From contig NC_068990.1 of assembly GCF_001194135.2 (NCBI RefSeq), positions 79,758,311-79,822,310 on the forward strand: DNA of 64,000 bases, given 5' to 3'. How positions within the stretch are numbered: position 1 is the first letter of the stretch; each line of letters begins with the position of its first letter. This document shows, in pieces, positions 40,430 to 52,490 of this stretch. The notes under the pieces were generated by a model, which had not been told where the DNA came from, ran no database searches, and worked only from the letters and a program-made list of their open reading frames with translations. The stretch comes from Octopus bimaculoides (taxonomy: Eukaryota). The position numbers were made by a program, and so were the translations under genes.

Positions 40430-41225
40430 NNNNNNNNNNNNNNNNNNNNNNNNNNNNNNNNNNNNNNNNNNNNNNNNNNNNNNNNNNNNNNNNNNNNNNN
40501 NNNNNNNNNNNNNNNNNNNNNNNNNNNNNNNNNNNNNNNNNNNNNNNNNNNNNNNNNNNNNNNNNNNNNNNNNNNNNNNNNNNNNNNNNNNNNNNNNNNN
40601 NNNNNNNNNNNNNNNNNNNNNNNNNNNNNNNNNNNNNNNNNNNNNNNNNNNNNNNNNNNNNNNNNNNNNNNNNNNNNNNNNNNNNNNNNNNNNNNNNNNN
40701 NNNNNNNNNNNNNNNNNNNNNNNNNNNNNNNNNNNNNNNNNNNNNNNNNNNNNNNNNNNNNNNNNNNNNNNNNNNNNNNNNNNNNNNNNNNNNNNNNNNN
40801 NNNNNNNNNNNNNNNNNNNNNNNNNNNNNNNNNNNNNNNNNNNNNNNNNNNNNNNNNNNNNNNNNNNNNNNNNNNNNNNNNNNNNNNNNNNNNNNNNNNN
40901 NNNNNNNNNNNNNNNNNNNNNNNNNNNNNNNNNNNNNNNNNNNNNNNNNNNNNNNNNNNNNNNNNNNNNNNNNNNNNNNNNNNNNNNNNNNNNNNNNNNN
41001 NNNNNNNNNNNNNNNNNNNNNNNNNNNNNNNNNNNNNNNNNNNNNNNNNNNNNNNNNNNNNNNNNNNNNNNNNNNNNNNNNNNNNNNNNNNNNNNNNNNN
41101 NNNNNNNNNNNNNNNNNNNNNNNNNNNNNNNNNNNNNNNNNNNNNNNNNNNNNNNNNNNNNNNNNNNNNNNNNNNNNNNNNNNNNNNNNNNNNNNNNNNN
41201 NNNNNNNNNNNNNNNNNNNNNNNNN
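40430..41225. other. Assembly gap (N run)
   Basis: Direct reading; other large gaps at 28153-28285, 29265-29445, 43594-44129, 52840-53428, 54240-54404 and 60201-61123. Confidence 1.
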
Positions 41226-42490
41226 ATATATATATATATATAGATATAGATATATATATAAATACACGTATATACGCCTGCAGTTTGGTACTCTCTGAGC
41301 AACCATAAATATTTCCACGAATCCACTTGAAGTTTATATTTATTAATATATACATTTTGCTGTCACTTTATTTGTGACCACAGGGGGAAAACATGGCTCC
41401 CATACTGTCTAAGGGTGTAGCTCAAGGTTCTTTCTATTCTTCTGATTAATTTGACAAACCTACTCAAGTACATTGCTTGTAATTATTTTATGGGCTCCCA
41501 AAGGATATCAATGTCATGTCACTAGCAAACTATTCTAATATAATTAACGCAGACTTTTCCATAAGGGCAAGCACACAGAGAGATTGGTATACAAAACTGT
41601 GTATGTGTGTATATATACATACATACACATACATACACATACATACACATACATATTATATATATATGTATCTATCTATATATATATATGTGTATATATA
41701 CGTACATGCATACATATGTACATACAGATAATACAAGCATGCGTACACATCACATGACTGTGTATGCGTATGTGTGTATTCGTGTGCACTCTTTTAAAGT
41801 TTTACACTCATATTTGTGTATGTGTATGTGTATATATACACATATGCATATATTTATACCGAACTCATATGTACATATGCACACGCATAGATACACACAT
41901 GTGCAAGTATATATGTATGTACGGATATATATATGCGAATCTAATGATATTTGTGTATTTAGATGCATGTAAGGAAATATCCATAGATATGTACATGTAT
42001 TCATGCATATGATAATTCATAAATTTATGCAATAATAAATATATACCAACATTCGCGTTGATATAAGTTCATGTATGCGGGAAATCAATACTCGATCTTA
42101 CAATTCATTCTTGAATGCATGCGTACATTCATCATAGCTTACTTATATTCATACTTCAGATCTGGCTTAACTGTCCGAAACTTCGAAGTCACTGTCAATA
42201 ATATTCTCAAGAACAATAAACTTCTATTCTCCAAAAGTATAAAGTAGCCCCATCAGATTAATGTAAAATTGTCTTTATTATAACTGAACATAAGCACACA
42301 GACAGACAGACAGACAGACAGACACAGAGAGACACACACACACGTTTTAATATATACAGTATAAAGCAACAATTCACTGTCAAATCTAACATTCTCCTGA
42401 TTCGATATATTTGGTTCACTGTGGTAAAAATCAGAAATACGACGAAGAATTTGGTCAAACTACTGCTTTCAATGACTGACGCATCCCGGT

Positions 42491-42996
42491 GGCGGAAATG
42501 CCAGCACATCGCTCAATATTGATATATGGAAGGAAGAAATACCAGCACATCGCTCAATATTGATATATGGACGGAAGAAATACCAGCACATCGCTCAATA
42601 TTGATATATGGAGGCGGCGAGCTGGCAGAAACGTTAGCACGCCGGGCGAAATGCTTAGTGGTATTTCGTCTGTCTTTACGTTCTGAGTTCAAATTCCGCC
42701 GAGGTCGACTTTGCCTTTCATCCTTTTCGGAGTCGATAAATTAAGTACCAGTTGCGAAGTGAGGGCGATCTAATCGACTGGCTTACCCCCACCAAAGTTT
42801 GGGCCTTGTGCCTAGAGTAGAAAAGAATATTGATACATGGGGGGCAGAAACACCAGTACATGACTCAATATTGATATATGTACGGCGGAAATGCAAGCAC
42901 ATCGCTCAATATTGATATAAGGATGGTAGCAATACCAGCACATCGCTCAATAATGATATATGGACGGCTGAAATACCAGCACATGGCTCAGTATTG
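42491..42996. repeat. About 41-bp minisatellite (about 7 units) interrupted by a SINE
   Basis: Unit approximately cggcggaaataccagcacatcgctcaatattgatatatgga; 3 units at 42491-42612 and about 4 at 42841-42996. Confidence 0.95.
42613..42830 (+). mobile_element. SINE family A, full length, with about 15-bp TSD
   Basis: ggcggcgagctggcagaaacgttagcacgccggg..gtgcctagagtagaaaag; flanked by aatattgatatatgg (42597-42611) and aatattgatacatgg (42826-42840). Confidence 0.95.
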
Positions 42997-43552
42997 TTGC
43001 TGATTGTTTCCCATGAATTACCCCGGCACGGTTTAAGCTTGGCTGGAAAGTAAATCCGCGCAAATGGCTTAAGGTTATTCGCCCTGGGTGTTCATCGTTT
43101 TGAACCGTCTAAAATGTCTGAATTCTATCTAATAAATCTTTGCTAAAACCCTAACGAAGCATTTCGTGAGAATCAGTAGGATATTTGACAAACTTCATGT
43201 AAAATTTGATGAAGAGACGTTGCTCAGCCATCGTATAAATAAATATATTCATAATGTATTTATTTATACGAAATAAGAAATGCATTCATTTTCCTTTACC
43301 GACTCATTTTTTAGTTTTATAGCCAATCATTTATTCTCTAGCGCCAGAGAACACGAAAAGCTAGATAAAAGTATTTAAGCTATATTCCATCATTTTCTTT
43401 AAAACATCCTGACTTTTAATATTTGTATATAATGAAAGGAAGAAAGAAAATACGAAAGAAAGAGACGAGACTGCCATCTTATAACATTGTCATTGTTAAT
43501 CTATTTCATAGTACACTACCAAGGCTACCAAGAACTTATATTCTTATACATA

Positions 43553-43593
<41 letters not shown>

Positions 43594-44228
43594 NNNNNNN
43601 NNNNNNNNNNNNNNNNNNNNNNNNNNNNNNNNNNNNNNNNNNNNNNNNNNNNNNNNNNNNNNNNNNNNNNNNNNNNNNNNNNNNNNNNNNNNNNNNNNNN
43701 NNNNNNNNNNNNNNNNNNNNNNNNNNNNNNNNNNNNNNNNNNNNNNNNNNNNNNNNNNNNNNNNNNNNNNNNNNNNNNNNNNNNNNNNNNNNNNNNNNNN
43801 NNNNNNNNNNNNNNNNNNNNNNNNNNNNNNNNNNNNNNNNNNNNNNNNNNNNNNNNNNNNNNNNNNNNNNNNNNNNNNNNNNNNNNNNNNNNNNNNNNNN
43901 NNNNNNNNNNNNNNNNNNNNNNNNNNNNNNNNNNNNNNNNNNNNNNNNNNNNNNNNNNNNNNNNNNNNNNNNNNNNNNNNNNNNNNNNNNNNNNNNNNNN
44001 NNNNNNNNNNNNNNNNNNNNNNNNNNNNNNNNNNNNNNNNNNNNNNNNNNNNNNNNNNNNNNNNNNNNNNNNNNNNNNNNNNNNNNNNNNNNNNNNNNNN
44101 NNNNNNNNNNNNNNNNNNNNNNNNNNNNNGCAAGTGTATTAGTTTGACGCTTGGGAAGGTGAGAAAGTCTTTTACGTTTCGAGCCTACGCTCTTCAGCGG
44201 AAAGGAACATGAAGAAAATATATATATA

Positions 44229-44285
<57 letters not shown>

Positions 44286-44680
44286 ACACATACATACTTA
44301 TGCATGCATACATACATGCGCGCGCGCGCACACACACACACACATACACTCACAGACACCCTCACACATCATAAATGTGAGTGTATGTCGTTACTCTCTC
44401 TCGAAGATAATCGAGCGAACGGTCCTTCAGCATTTTCACGTGATGGAAATCCTTTATGACATCTTCGTAAATATTCGGACTGAAAATCTTACCAAACCTT
44501 GCGTATTGCTCTTGGTAATTCAGTTCAGGAATTCAGTTGTATTTTAGTGGTGTTTAAGACATACTGGGTTCGTTCAAGGAGGCTATTTTGAAGGGAATGA
44601 TCCTAAAAATAAGTAATATATGAAATATGATATTTACTGGAATATCTATCTATCTATCTATGTTTATATATATGTATGTC

Positions 44681-44775
<95 letters not shown>

Positions 44776-45476
44776 CACACACACGCGCACGCATACACAC
44801 ATATACACACACATATATGTATATATATATACAGAGTTTGAAATAAAGAATTTACACCGACATATGTATAAGTACAGTGACCATCACTCATAAATGGCTA
44901 TAATCTGTGAGTAGCAATCCTGCGATCTGGCTCTTCCTAACGATGCTTTCTTGGTTGCGAGCCAAATATCGGAATACAGAGGTCACTCACAGCGTTAAAC
45001 ATATCTAATTGATTTCAACTACCGATGTTTTACTCGGTTTTAACAGACCCCAACCTATTTGGCAAGGCGTTCTACATTCAATTTTAGTTCCAGCTATGCG
45101 GCAAAATATCTTACATATATTGACACGAGCGATTCTAAAATTTTCGACATTAGAATTGTAAATATAACAAATGCATTACTACACCCACAGGCATCCCCCT
45201 CCACACAACACACTCAATACACATACACTCACACGATCTCTGTTTCTCGCTACACATGTACATACATACATAAATACATACAAACATACATACATACATG
45301 CATACATGCATACATGTAAATATATACATACATACATGTAAATACATACATACATACATGTAAATACATACATACTGACACACACATGTTACAGTCTCCC
45401 TCACACATAGAAACACATGCACACAAACACGTGTGTCTGCGTGTGTATATATATACATTCAAATACACACAACGCA

Positions 45477-45518
<42 letters not shown>

Positions 45519-46435
45519 CTTTTTCTCTCTCTTTCTATATATATATATATATATTTATGTATATATATGTATATATACGAATATATATGTATGTATATAT
45601 ACATATATCTATATATATATATATACGTACATACACTTGTGTGTGGGAGTCACGCGCGCGCGCGCGCGCGTTTTTGCCTGTGTGTGTTTTTCTAACATCA
45701 ATATCGGTATATGTATAGATCAAACTAACATCAACATTGAACCATAATTGTTTGCAAACGTTTTTATCTGAATGTGCCCGTGATGTTCACACACATACCC
45801 TGTTACATTGACACACTTAGTAGTTTATTTTCTGGCACATAACTTTATAAGAGTGGAGCATTAATTAAATCAATCTGAAAACATTTCTACTACTTATTGA
45901 CTCTGGAGTGAGGAATAGTGAAGTGTACTATAGCAAGATAAGAACTAAGAAAAAAAAAAAGGAAAGAGTAATGGTTAATATGGAAAGATATAATATCAAG
46001 TTCATCTCTCTACTAGGTATATATCTTCCCTGCATCTTAAAATCATATAAATAATGATCTTTGGCTTAGACATAAGAAATCAAATTTACAGAGAGAGGGA
46101 AGAGAGAGAAATGGAGAGAGCACGAGATGGGGAGAGAAAGGAATAGAGAGAAAAATATATGAAAGTATGTGAGGGTACTTATATATAATTTTTTAACGTT
46201 CTTGGAACATTTTAATGATGTCTGTTAAGTAGTGCGAAATGGTTTTATTTGGATTGAGAACCGGCTCAGAAACGGGGCTCATGAGCAGCTTAGATCTATT
46301 GAAAGCATTCTTCTTTAATTGTAATTGTTAATTTTTTTTATTTATAAATCACAATATATCCCTAAACTTCTTTTTCGGATATCTGGTATCTCTTTCAATA
46401 TAACAACCTAAGTTGATGAGCATTCCAGAGATTAC

Positions 46436-46496
<61 letters not shown>

Positions 46497-46684
46497 TCTC
46501 GATATAGAAAGAACTGTAAGCACTCCCCAATACTTTAAATACCAAGCATCCATTATGGATTTACTCTTGATTCAGAACTGCATCTCAAAGAGATTAACAG
46601 TGGTAAAGCATGTGTAACGACCGACAACCACATATGACTACCATCCAGGAATTTGCTGATGATGTGTGATCTTAGCTCTTAGCA

Positions 46685-46742
46685 TATACTGCTAAGCATT
46701 TTTTCCAGCGTGCTAACGTGTCTACCGGCTTGTCAACTTAAT
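46685..46742 (-). mobile_element. SINE family A head fragment
   Basis: Reverse complement gacaagccggtagacacgttagcacgctggaaaaaatgcttagcagtat matches the family A 5' end. Confidence 0.7.
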
Positions 46743-46994
46743 AATAAAAATAGTAACAACAAAAGTAATAATAATATATTTACCTTTCCTATAATATAAC
46801 TCAAGAACAATCTATTCTGACAACCTTACTCCCTTCTTAAAGTATTGCTGCTGGTTTATTGGGTTAGATACAAACTTAGCTGGAATTCTTCTTTGTCACT
46901 AACCACACAACACTGGACAGAAAGTGATTTCAGGATAATGGTTTGAAAAATTAGCTAATATTTCATCCGAAACGCGGTTCACAACAGTATTTTT

Positions 46995-47125
46995 CCAAAC
47001 AGTGACTTATTATTTGCCTTTCATCCTCTAGGAGTCAATAAGATAAATATACCAGTTTAGTAATGAGGTTGGTTAAATTCACTGTACAACCGAATTTCTG
47101 TGCCTAGTTTAGAAACAAATATCAC
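46995..47125 (+). mobile_element. SINE family A, degenerate 3' half
   Basis: tttgcctttcatcctctaggagtcaataa..taccagtt..tgtgcctagtttagaaac. Confidence 0.65.
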
Positions 47126-48486
47126 TGTTATTAAGAATTCAGTGGATTAACTAAATTTCTAGAACTCCGGAGAAAATATCTTATAACATTTGTTTCGCGT
47201 AATCGTGGTTTGAATTAAAATCACATAAAGATGAACCATCTCTTTCCTTCTTGGGAGGTCAACAATATAAAGTACCAGTCGGGCACAAGTGATTCAGTTA
47301 TTATTACACTGAGTTTATTACTGGAAATAATGCTAATTTTTCGTTGGGCCTTAAATTTAAGCTACCAACAGTCTAACAAATACACCGATAATCAAAATAA
47401 ATTTTGCTTTTGCATCACACACGAATTTAGCTTTTTTCCAAAGGCAGTTTTTCGTGTTTCTTTAACACATTTAGTTTTTGAAATATGGAAGTTTTTATTT
47501 TTATAATTTCATCAATACCAAAGATGTAATAAATAACATTTTATACAAAATTTACTTTTGATGGAACAGAAATACACAGCAAACATTTGATTAATTTATA
47601 CATAATTAATTTTAATCTCATTTTTATTGAATATATTTAATTAAAATCACATACAATCGAAGAAAAATGTTTTTTAAAAATTTAAGTGTTATACTATTTT
47701 TTCTTTTAAAATGTTCTGTACGTTGCGATGTAGCGTTCAACAATAGTCAACCATCATGCCATCATTTTCGTATTCCTGGTATCGTGTTTCCATTGCATGA
47801 ATATATTGATAAAAATAATCCTCCTTGCTCAGTATCAAGATTTTCTATAAAAAATCTAGGCAAGAATGTAAAATGTGCATGTTTTATGATGTTCCAAAGT
47901 TAATTTCTTTAGATATGAAGAAAGGTCCGAGCTCCAACATTTCATGTAGGGCACAGAAATCTTAAAATCTTACGAAGTTTTTTTTCTTAAATTGCAGTGT
48001 ATTAAAAATTTGTTGAAATTCAGTATCTTATAAAGCCTCTCTGATTTACGCCCTCTCAAATATTTCTTCCTTTAACTTTGCCGCACTCACATGTGAGACT
48101 TTTCAGAATGGTACTGGAATCCTCACGAATTGACTTTTCTCATTGCTTTAACTAAATATTTTGTTACACCAAGCTCAATATGAAGAGATAATAAGAATAT
48201 TGCTTGGAATAAATAAAGGGACAAATTAGTTATTACTTATTCCTGGAACATTTGTTAACCGTAGTGGCTTGTCACGCTCAAATATGGCGAAGTGTAGTAA
48301 TACGATTGTCCAATATGTATATCCAGAAATATAATTATCAGAAACAATCGGTCTTACCTCAAATCAATACGTGGTGCTGAACAAATAAAGGCTATTTTGG
48401 AAAATGCCAGCTTACAACTCCCAGGTTTTGTCCCATGCTGGTATTTTGATTCATTCACTACTTCTGTTATAACATTTGGTGCATTA

Positions 48487-48615
48487 CTGAATTCAAATTC
48501 CGCCGAGGTCGATTTGCCTTTCATCCTTAAGTACCAGTTGCGTAGTGGGGTCGATCTAATCGACTGACCCCTCCCCAAAAATTTCGGGCCTTGTGCCTAG
48601 AGTAGAAAAAAAATA
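48487..48615 (+). mobile_element. 5'-truncated SINE family A with perfect 13-bp TSD
   Basis: atttggtgcatta at 48474-48486 and 48616-48628; body begins at the B-box and lacks about 17 bp present in the 42613 copy. Confidence 0.95.
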
Positions 48616-49462
48616 TTTGGTGCATTATATCATTCTCGTGGTGACATTTATGAAGAAACCTATTTGTCGAACATAAACCCAGAATTGCTCACATCTTTCT
48701 ATCTATCAAACATGAGATATTCCTGCAGGTTATAAACAATGCTCTCTCTCCTAAGGTACAAAAATAAAAGAGAATTTAAGAAGCAGTTAAGTGTCATTGT
48801 TTTTTTCCATCACTCTAAATACTCGGATATCCTTCAGTGGGTTCATGCTGCCTAGCATCAGTGGAAAATACATTGCCTGGACATTACTGAAATCATGGCT
48901 ATTTCCTATGAGTTAGCTCATAATGGTAATGTCCCACAGCGTAGGCTGTATTTAAATATTTATGTATTATTTTTTCCTTTCCAGTTTCTATACAGCCAAT
49001 ACCATTATCCATTATTTCAACTTCAGTTAATGATTATGTATTCTATTTATGTCTATACCTATATATAAATCATGGAGACAATAGTCTCATTACTAGAAAA
49101 TATTCAACTTTATTCCTGTTTCCCGTTCAGTTATTCACCAATATGACTATGATGGCAATTTATATCGATGACTTTGTCTTTATATCTTTTATCTCTTAAT
49201 ATAAATCAGTTTTTAACTACGATTTTCAAATGAATAAATAAAGTCATCTTTATTTTCTGATGATGTCTAATAAGCAAAGTTCTATTTAGTATTATTACTT
49301 TTACTCTCATTCGTTAGTGGAATTTGTATATCTTAATATTTTATTTGTTACTCAATGTTGCAGTTGTGCTGTTCGGAATGTTAGTAGTTATATGATTACG
49401 TATATACTTACAATTTTCGTCAAATATTTGTTAGTTTTATGTTTGTTCGAGGCTACTGCTGG

Positions 49463-49465
<3 letters not shown>

Positions 49466-49544
<79 letters not shown>

Positions 49545-49643
49545 TTGTCTTATTTTTATCACATGCTTTCACCGCACTGCGGGGCGCAGCTCTGTATGCC
49601 TTGGATATGTGATGTAGTTTGCCTTGGTGTTGTTATTTTTACT

Positions 49644-49675
<32 letters not shown>

Positions 49676-49696
49676 GTTGTTGTTGTTGTTGTTGTT
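49466..49696. repeat. Two (ATT)n/(GTT)n tracts enclosing a unique cassette of about 120 bp
   Basis: Direct reading; cassette at about 49522-49645. Confidence 0.9.
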
Positions 49697-49992
49697 GGAA
49701 ACATTGTCTTGCTTTATTTGCTTCTGTACATTTTGCTCCATAAGAATCTCTACTTCAACATGTGAAGAGGGGAAACTGACAGTAAATGTAGGCTTGAAGG
49801 GGCGCCTCTCTTACTAAAAAAAAAAATTTAATCACCCTATCATAATTATTAGCGTTTAAAATAAGAGCGAAACCAGAACGCACGCTCACTGCATGATTCC
49901 TCTGACCAAGACATTAAATAATGTTGGTTTCTCTTGACTCAACTGAAACATTACCAGCAATGACAGGAAAACAGATGAGTACGAGAACAACG

Positions 49993-49993
49993 A

Positions 49994-50053
<60 letters not shown>

Positions 50054-50077
50054 CAGCAGCAGCAGCAGCAGCAGCAA
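49993..50077. repeat. (GTA)n(GCA)n compound microsatellite
   Basis: Direct reading. Confidence 0.95.
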
Positions 50078-50199
50078 CAAGAAAAAGAATAACTGCAAAA
50101 GCAAAAGCAACACCAACAACAACAGTAAAGACGACAACAAAATAAGTACCGGTGACGATTTCACGGACAGGCAATATTTTGCTGGTATGGCGGTGAACA

Positions 50200-50815
50200 A
50201 AATACTACTCGCTCACTCTAAATGACAAGGAGGTGCGCCTGACACAGGTGGTACACGTGAAAGTGAATTGTGGCGCGAATTTAAGTTTCAATCCCAGTCG
50301 AGGTATTGACAGAAACTCAGGAGGTAGAGTTGTATCACTGTATGTCGGCAAAAACTCGATACCGAGAAGTAGCATCATACACCCAGGTGAAAAGGGCCCT
50401 CAAAGATATATGAGTAGATATAACACATGTAAGCAGGGTGAAGCAGTTTGGGAGCGTGGAGGTATTATCAAAAGCGATGCTGTCGCCCTGAGGCACACAA
50501 TAGTTCCCATATGCGGCTGGGAACTCACCCTTTATCCAACACATTTAGGAAAGAGAACCTCTTGTTAAGATAGAGTTCCGCCAGAGTTGAATATCTAATA
50601 GACTTTGGTCAGTGTTTTCTTGAACGCAGCGACACCCGCCTCGACGTAAAGCGAAACACCGTGGAGAACCTACTCCGCATCAAATAGGATGATGTGGAGA
50701 TTGTCTCAGAACTTATCCACCTACTCAGTAGAGGGGAGCTATGTATTGCAGTTGAGGACAGAAGGACATAATGCCTCGTATGTGGTGCTGAACACCACTT
50801 CAGTACTTTCTGAAC
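50200..50815 (+). mobile_element. Gag-like ORF1 remnant of a LINE (probably L1/Tx1 clade) with CCHC zinc knuckle
   Basis: GC-enriched island. 50772-50813 encodes C-LV-C-GAEH-H-FSTF-*, exact CX2CX4HX4C spacing with the last Cys codon now TGA. Upstream frames are broken. Confidence 0.6.
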
Positions 50816-50879
50816 AAAAAATAGGGTTTTCCGCTCCTAAATGCATGCTCTACACATTAAGTATGCTAACTTTAATTTA

Positions 50880-51053
50880 AATATTGATTTCAAATTTTAG
50901 CACATGGCCAGCAAATTCGTGGAGATGGGGTAAGTCGATTACATCGGTCCCAGTGTTCAGCTGGTACTTATTTTCTCGATCCCGAGGTAAAGTCGGCCTC
51001 GGCAGCATTTGAACTCAGACGAAATGCTAACAATTCTGCCAACTTGCCACCTT
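50880..51053 (-). mobile_element. SINE family A with three internal deletions
   Basis: Reverse complement aaggtggcaagttggcagaattgttagcatttcgtctgagttcaaatgctgccgagg..aataagtaccag..tgtgctaaaatttgaaatc aligns with family A with gaps. Confidence 0.85.
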
Positions 51054-52284
51054 ACCTCTTAGATATTGGAAGCATATATCTGACATTTTTTGTCTTTGAT
51101 TCTGGCATAAGTAGGCGCAGTAAAAGTTCTGTTATTGTATCAGAAAAATATGCGATTTGAACTCTTTTCAAAGCAGAATAAATGACTTGTTTAAATCTCA
51201 GTCCAAATTCATCCTTCAAATTCCCAGTACCTGTAAACTAAAGCATCTGAGATTAATACAATCCGAGCTCATTGAAACAACTTTTTACTTAAGTCAGTGA
51301 TCATACAGTGATTTCCATGAAAGATGTGGGGTATTGTAGAATAAGATAGATCTCAGCTCCCCAAGGAAGTTTACTTTATTGCTTAAGAAGTTGACGACAA
51401 CGGGATTTAAATTCGAGACGTAAACTGACATAATTGCATACTATGAGGCAGTATTATGTACGCCGCTCTACAAATTATGCGAATGTTTCTCACCTTATCG
51501 AATTAACTGAACGTTATAAATATTGAATGGAAAAGGTAAAACTGAAAATGTACCTTTAAGCGAGCAAGGGTGTAGTTCTAGGTTTGAAAATGCTTCGAAA
51601 AGAGCTTGCTTCACCTCTTACAAGAATCCGACCCCACGCCCAAAAGACAAAGAAATAAAACAAAAACTAAACGTTTTAATCTTTCAACAAGAACTGGAAC
51701 ATTTACTGCAATAATTTCTGCTTTTCGATGATTTCGACGATATATAGTCTTCGCAATCGGGAATCCCTTATTTTAAGGTCATACGTTAATCATAGAAATA
51801 ATTGTCACGTTTGGGGATCAAACCGGCTAATTTCCATAATAACTCCTTTTCTGTTATAAAAGATATAGATGATACAATGTTAATTTTGATTGGTTTAATA
51901 TTTTCAGCTGCAGCAAACACCAGTAGAATGAAAACAAGGTATTTATAACGTGCGTGACATTAGCGAGGACAGTATATATTTTTATGAGTTTTCCATTTTC
52001 AAGGGACACGAATATTTTGATTGCTTTGTGCCGAAATAGTTGGCAAAGCTCATTCGGATATGTGCACTTAACGCCTTTCTCTAGAACTTAAATATATTTG
52101 TTTTATATCTTTGTTGGTAGGCTATTTATGCAATATAGTATTTCTATTCAGTGCAGAAGCGGTTTTCTAACCTATCATTCCCTTCATCCATCTATTTTCT
52201 CCTCACAATTCCACCATTTTATGACATATGTGTTATCGTTATTGTTATGACAAATAAAAATTTTGCCAGTGTCAGAAATAATGA

Positions 52285-52490
52285 TTATGATGATGATCAT
52301 CATCATGATCATCATCATCATGATCATCATCATCATCATCATGATCATGATTATCACTACCACCACAGTCACTAACATAGATATAAAGTCCACTAGTAGT
52401 GGCACCACGACCACAACCACCACAAACGTCATCATCGTCGTCGGCGTCATCATCATCATCATCATCATCGCCATCGTCGTCGTCGTCACA
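52285..52490. repeat. (CAT/GAT/CAC/CGT)n imperfect trinucleotide field
   Basis: Direct reading; explains the poly-H/D/M/I ORFs. Confidence 0.9.

Noticed and set aside
42491-42996. CRISPR-like look of the 41-bp repeat array
   Set aside because: Units are directly adjacent with no unique spacers, there are no cas genes, and the context is eukaryotic; it is a minisatellite.
50233-50568. 111-aa ORF as a host gene
   Set aside because: Part of a frameshifted gag-like retroelement remnant; the similarity switches frames.
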